From contig JBBCAV010000123.1 in NCBI GenBank assembly GCA_051382305.1, positions 1 to 15,031 on the forward strand: 15,031 bases of DNA. The letters are read 5' to 3'. How positions within the stretch are numbered: position 1 is the stretch's first letter; each line of letters opens with the position of its first letter. Position numbers and translations under genes: made by a program. This DNA is from Bdellovibrionota bacterium FG-2 (lineage in GTDB: Bacteria; Bdellovibrionota; UBA1018). This document shows positions 12,805-15,031 of this stretch, one piece after another. The notes below the pieces were generated by a model that was not told the DNA's origin, made no database searches, and saw only the letters and a program-made list of their open reading frames with translations.

Positions 12805-14762
12805 TGGCTAAACCTATCTTTCTTTTCTTGCTCTCACTCTTTTTCAGCGTTGGTTCCGTTTTTGCGTCCGAAGGTCAAGCACCCGAGGGGCTGCTCAACA
12901 AACTCTTAGCCCCCGGCCAACTCATCGAAGGCCACAAGGATCTCGAACAATCTCGCTGTTTAGAATGCCATGTTCCCCGCGAAGGCATTCCTAATTCAAA
13001 ATGCCTGGAATGCCATAAACCCATTCGCGCCCAAGTAGAAAAGAAATCCGGATTTCACGGCCTCGCCACTCAAGCCTGTATCTCTTGCCACTCGGATCAC
13101 AAAGGGCGAAATTTCGACACCACCCAGGTGGATTCAAAAAAATTCGATCATAAATTAACCGGATACATCCTTGAGGGAAAACACGCCGATCTCAAGTGCT
13201 CCGATTGCCACAAAGAAAAACGCGCTGAGCGCACTCATTACTTTGGTCTCAAGGTTTCTTGCGTCAGCTGTCACCAAAAAAACGATCCTCACCAATTTCA
13301 GGGCGACTGGGCAAAAAAGGATTGCAATGCTTGCCACCAGCTCAAGGCCTGGAAAGAAAATGTTCGATTTGACCACAAAAAAGACGCGCACTTTCAACTT
13401 GAAGGGAAACACGCTCAGATCGGCTGCAAGGATTGCCACCTTCCTGAAAATAGCAAGCACGCCATCTATCATTGGGAACACTTTGAAAAAACGTCCTGCC
13501 TGGCTTGCCATAAAAACAATCCGCACCATTTTGGAACCTTCAAATCCCCGCGCCTCAAAAATCCCAACGATTGCAGCACCTGCCATCTAGAAACTGGATG
13601 GAAGGATACCCCCAAATTTAGCCATAACGAACAAACTCGTTTCAAAATCGGGGGCAAGCACTTGGATCTTAAGTGCGACAAATGCCACACCCCGATTTCT
13701 GGATCAAAAAACCCCAAGGACCAAGGGCCCAGGATCTACCATTGGGAAAAGCTTTCACAAATAACCTGTGCGGTCTGTCACCACAACCCCCACACCAAGA
13801 CCTTTGCACCTAACCTTCTAAAAAAACAGTGTACCGAATGTCATAATGACCGGAGTTGGACTGAATTTAAAAAAACAGGAATCAACTTTGACCATGCTTC
13901 AACCCGCTTTGCACTTACTGGAAAACATGAATCCTTGTCTTGTGAGGCTTGTCACCGAATCAACGAAAAACCCGTTTTCAAATTCAAAAACCAGACTTTG
14001 AATTTCTGCGTGGATTGCCATAAAAATGTCCATCTCGGTCAAATGAGCTCGTCCACAACAACCCAAGCCTGCTCTCAATGCCATTCCACCCAGACCTTCG
14101 AAAAACGTTTAGAATTCGACCATTCAAAAACCCAATATCCCCTTAAATGGAAGCACGCCAACGTGGATTGCATCAAATGCCATTTACCCACCTTGGACAA
14201 ATTTTCGGAAAAACCATTTCGAACTAAGTCCAGGTTTCAATTTCCTACGCTGAGGACACAAGATTGCGCCGCTTGCCATAAAGATCCCCATGAAGCGCGG
14301 TATGGGAAGCTCTGCTTATCTTGCCACACGGAACAAGGCTGGAAATCTGGAAATACCGACTTTCACAAGGCCTTTACTCTCCAAGGCGTCCACTTCACTT
14401 TTCAATGTGGTGAATGCCATTTGGATAAGCGCCCGCTCGCTGGCCAAAGTCAAATGTGCGTCCTTTGCCACAAAAAAGATGACGTTCACCAAGGTCGACT
14501 GGGCGAATGCTCAAAGTGCCATGAGCAAACTTTTTGGGAAATGCCCCGTTTTAGACATTCAATGACCAGCTTTCCCCTACGTGGAATTCACCGGACGCTC
14601 GATTGCAATGCGTGCCATTCAACCGGAATTTACCGTGGCCTAACCAATCAATGTGTCAATTGTCACCTGAACGATGCCCTTAGTTTTACGGGCAACCCCG
14701 ATCACCATCTACTCATGGGGCGAAACTGTTCAGACTGTCACAATCAATTTTCGTTTCACTAA
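12804..14762 (+). CDS. Exported multiheme c-type cytochrome with 24 CxxCH motifs in eight triheme repeats, 652 aa
   Basis: 24 CxxCH motifs counted by hand, from CLECH to the terminal CSDCH. Repeat unit FxH...(F/Y)xLxGxH...CxxCH...CxxCH..(D/N)(P/V)H...CxxCH...W. Sec signal peptide VFA|SE, no lipobox. Confidence 0.95.
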   Translation: MAKPIFLFLLSLFFSVGSVFASEGQAPEGLLNKLLAPGQLIEGHKDLEQSRCLECHVPREGIPNSKCLECHKPIRAQVEKKSGFHGLATQACISCHSDHKGRNFDTTQVDSKKFDHKLTGYILEGKHADLKCSDCHKEKRAERTHYFGLKVSCVSCHQKNDPHQFQGDWAKKDCNACHQLKAWKENVRFDHKKDAHFQLEGKHAQIGCKDCHLPENSKHAIYHWEHFEKTSCLACHKNNPHHFGTFKSPRLKNPNDCSTCHLETGWKDTPKFSHNEQTRFKIGGKHLDLKCDKCHTPISGSKNPKDQGPRIYHWEKLSQITCAVCHHNPHTKTFAPNLLKKQCTECHNDRSWTEFKKTGINFDHASTRFALTGKHESLSCEACHRINEKPVFKFKNQTLNFCVDCHKNVHLGQMSSSTTTQACSQCHSTQTFEKRLEFDHSKTQYPLKWKHANVDCIKCHLPTLDKFSEKPFRTKSRFQFPTLRTQDCAACHKDPHEARYGKLCLSCHTEQGWKSGNTDFHKAFTLQGVHFTFQCGECHLDKRPLAGQSQMCVLCHKKDDVHQGRLGECSKCHEQTFWEMPRFRHSMTSFPLRGIHRTLDCNACHSTGIYRGLTNQCVNCHLNDALSFTGNPDHHLLMGRNCSDCHNQFSFH

Positions 14763-14764
14763 AA

Positions 14765-15031
14765 CTAAACATGCAAGAGGAGAGCGGTTGCGATATGAAT
14801 CGCCCCGACCAGATACATAAAAACCGCAAAAGGCATATGAAACGTATGCCAGTACCCCATCACTTTTCGAAATTGTTCCAGATACAAAACTCGACGACGA
14901 GTGACCGCATATTGAATGAGCGCCTCCCGGGTGACGCCTGATATTTCCGCCGGGATACTCTTTGAGCCAAGCCTTAATCTTAAATCGCCCTTAAGCGTGT
15001 TAAGAATGGAAAGAGCAACACTGTCCTGACC
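14765..15031 (-). CDS. 3' end (88 aa) of a membrane protein running off the window; His-containing TM segment, possibly heme-b binding
   Basis: Hand translation is open from 15031 to TAG at 14767-14765: GQDSVALSILNTLKGDLRLRLGSKSIPAEISGVTREALIQYAVTRRRVLYLEQFRKVMGYWHTFHMPFAVFMYLVGAIHIATALLLHV. Not in the ORF track. Confidence 0.8.
   Translation of the reverse strand, partial: GQDSVALSILNTLKGDLRLRLGSKSIPAEISGVTREALIQYAVTRRRVLYLEQFRKVMGYWHTFHMPFAVFMYLVGAIHIATALLLHV

Noticed and set aside
13155-14565. ORFs 13155-13586, 13171-13590, 13469-13717, 13899-14084 and 14290-14565
   Set aside because: Alternative-frame or antisense products of the cytochrome gene.
11425-14762. Assigning the symbols mtrB/mtrA or pioB/pioA
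   Set aside because: The barrel is much shorter than MtrB, and the cytochrome has 24 hemes in triheme repeats rather than the decaheme MtrA pattern. The relationship is an analogy only.

Overview
Bacterial genomic window with three modules. (1) 540-7652: back-to-back sigma70-like promoters drive a tightly coupled + strand operon. It comprises an unannotated 35-aa peptide ORF (636-743, absent from the ORF track), a cobalamin-dependent (class B) radical SAM enzyme, an 894-aa fusion of an MFS exporter to a family-5 (OppA/DppA-like) solute-binding domain, and a membrane hybrid histidine kinase with two receiver-like domains and a second C-terminal H-box. I infer this is a candidate 'make-export-bind-sense' RiPP signalling (quorum-sensing-like) system that I do not recognise as described. 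(2) 7700-10393: a complete 2694-bp IS21-family element with istA/istB, 28-bp terminal inverted repeats, arrays of subterminal repeats and a 6-bp target duplication (CACCGG). (3) 10492-15031: an alpha/beta hydrolase, a probable outer-membrane beta-barrel translationally coupled to a 24-heme c-type cytochrome made of eight triheme repeats, and the 3' end of a convergent His-rich membrane protein gene (14765-15031, also absent from the ORF track). Together these suggest a porin-cytochrome electron conduit. All calls come from manual motif reading; no database searches were run.
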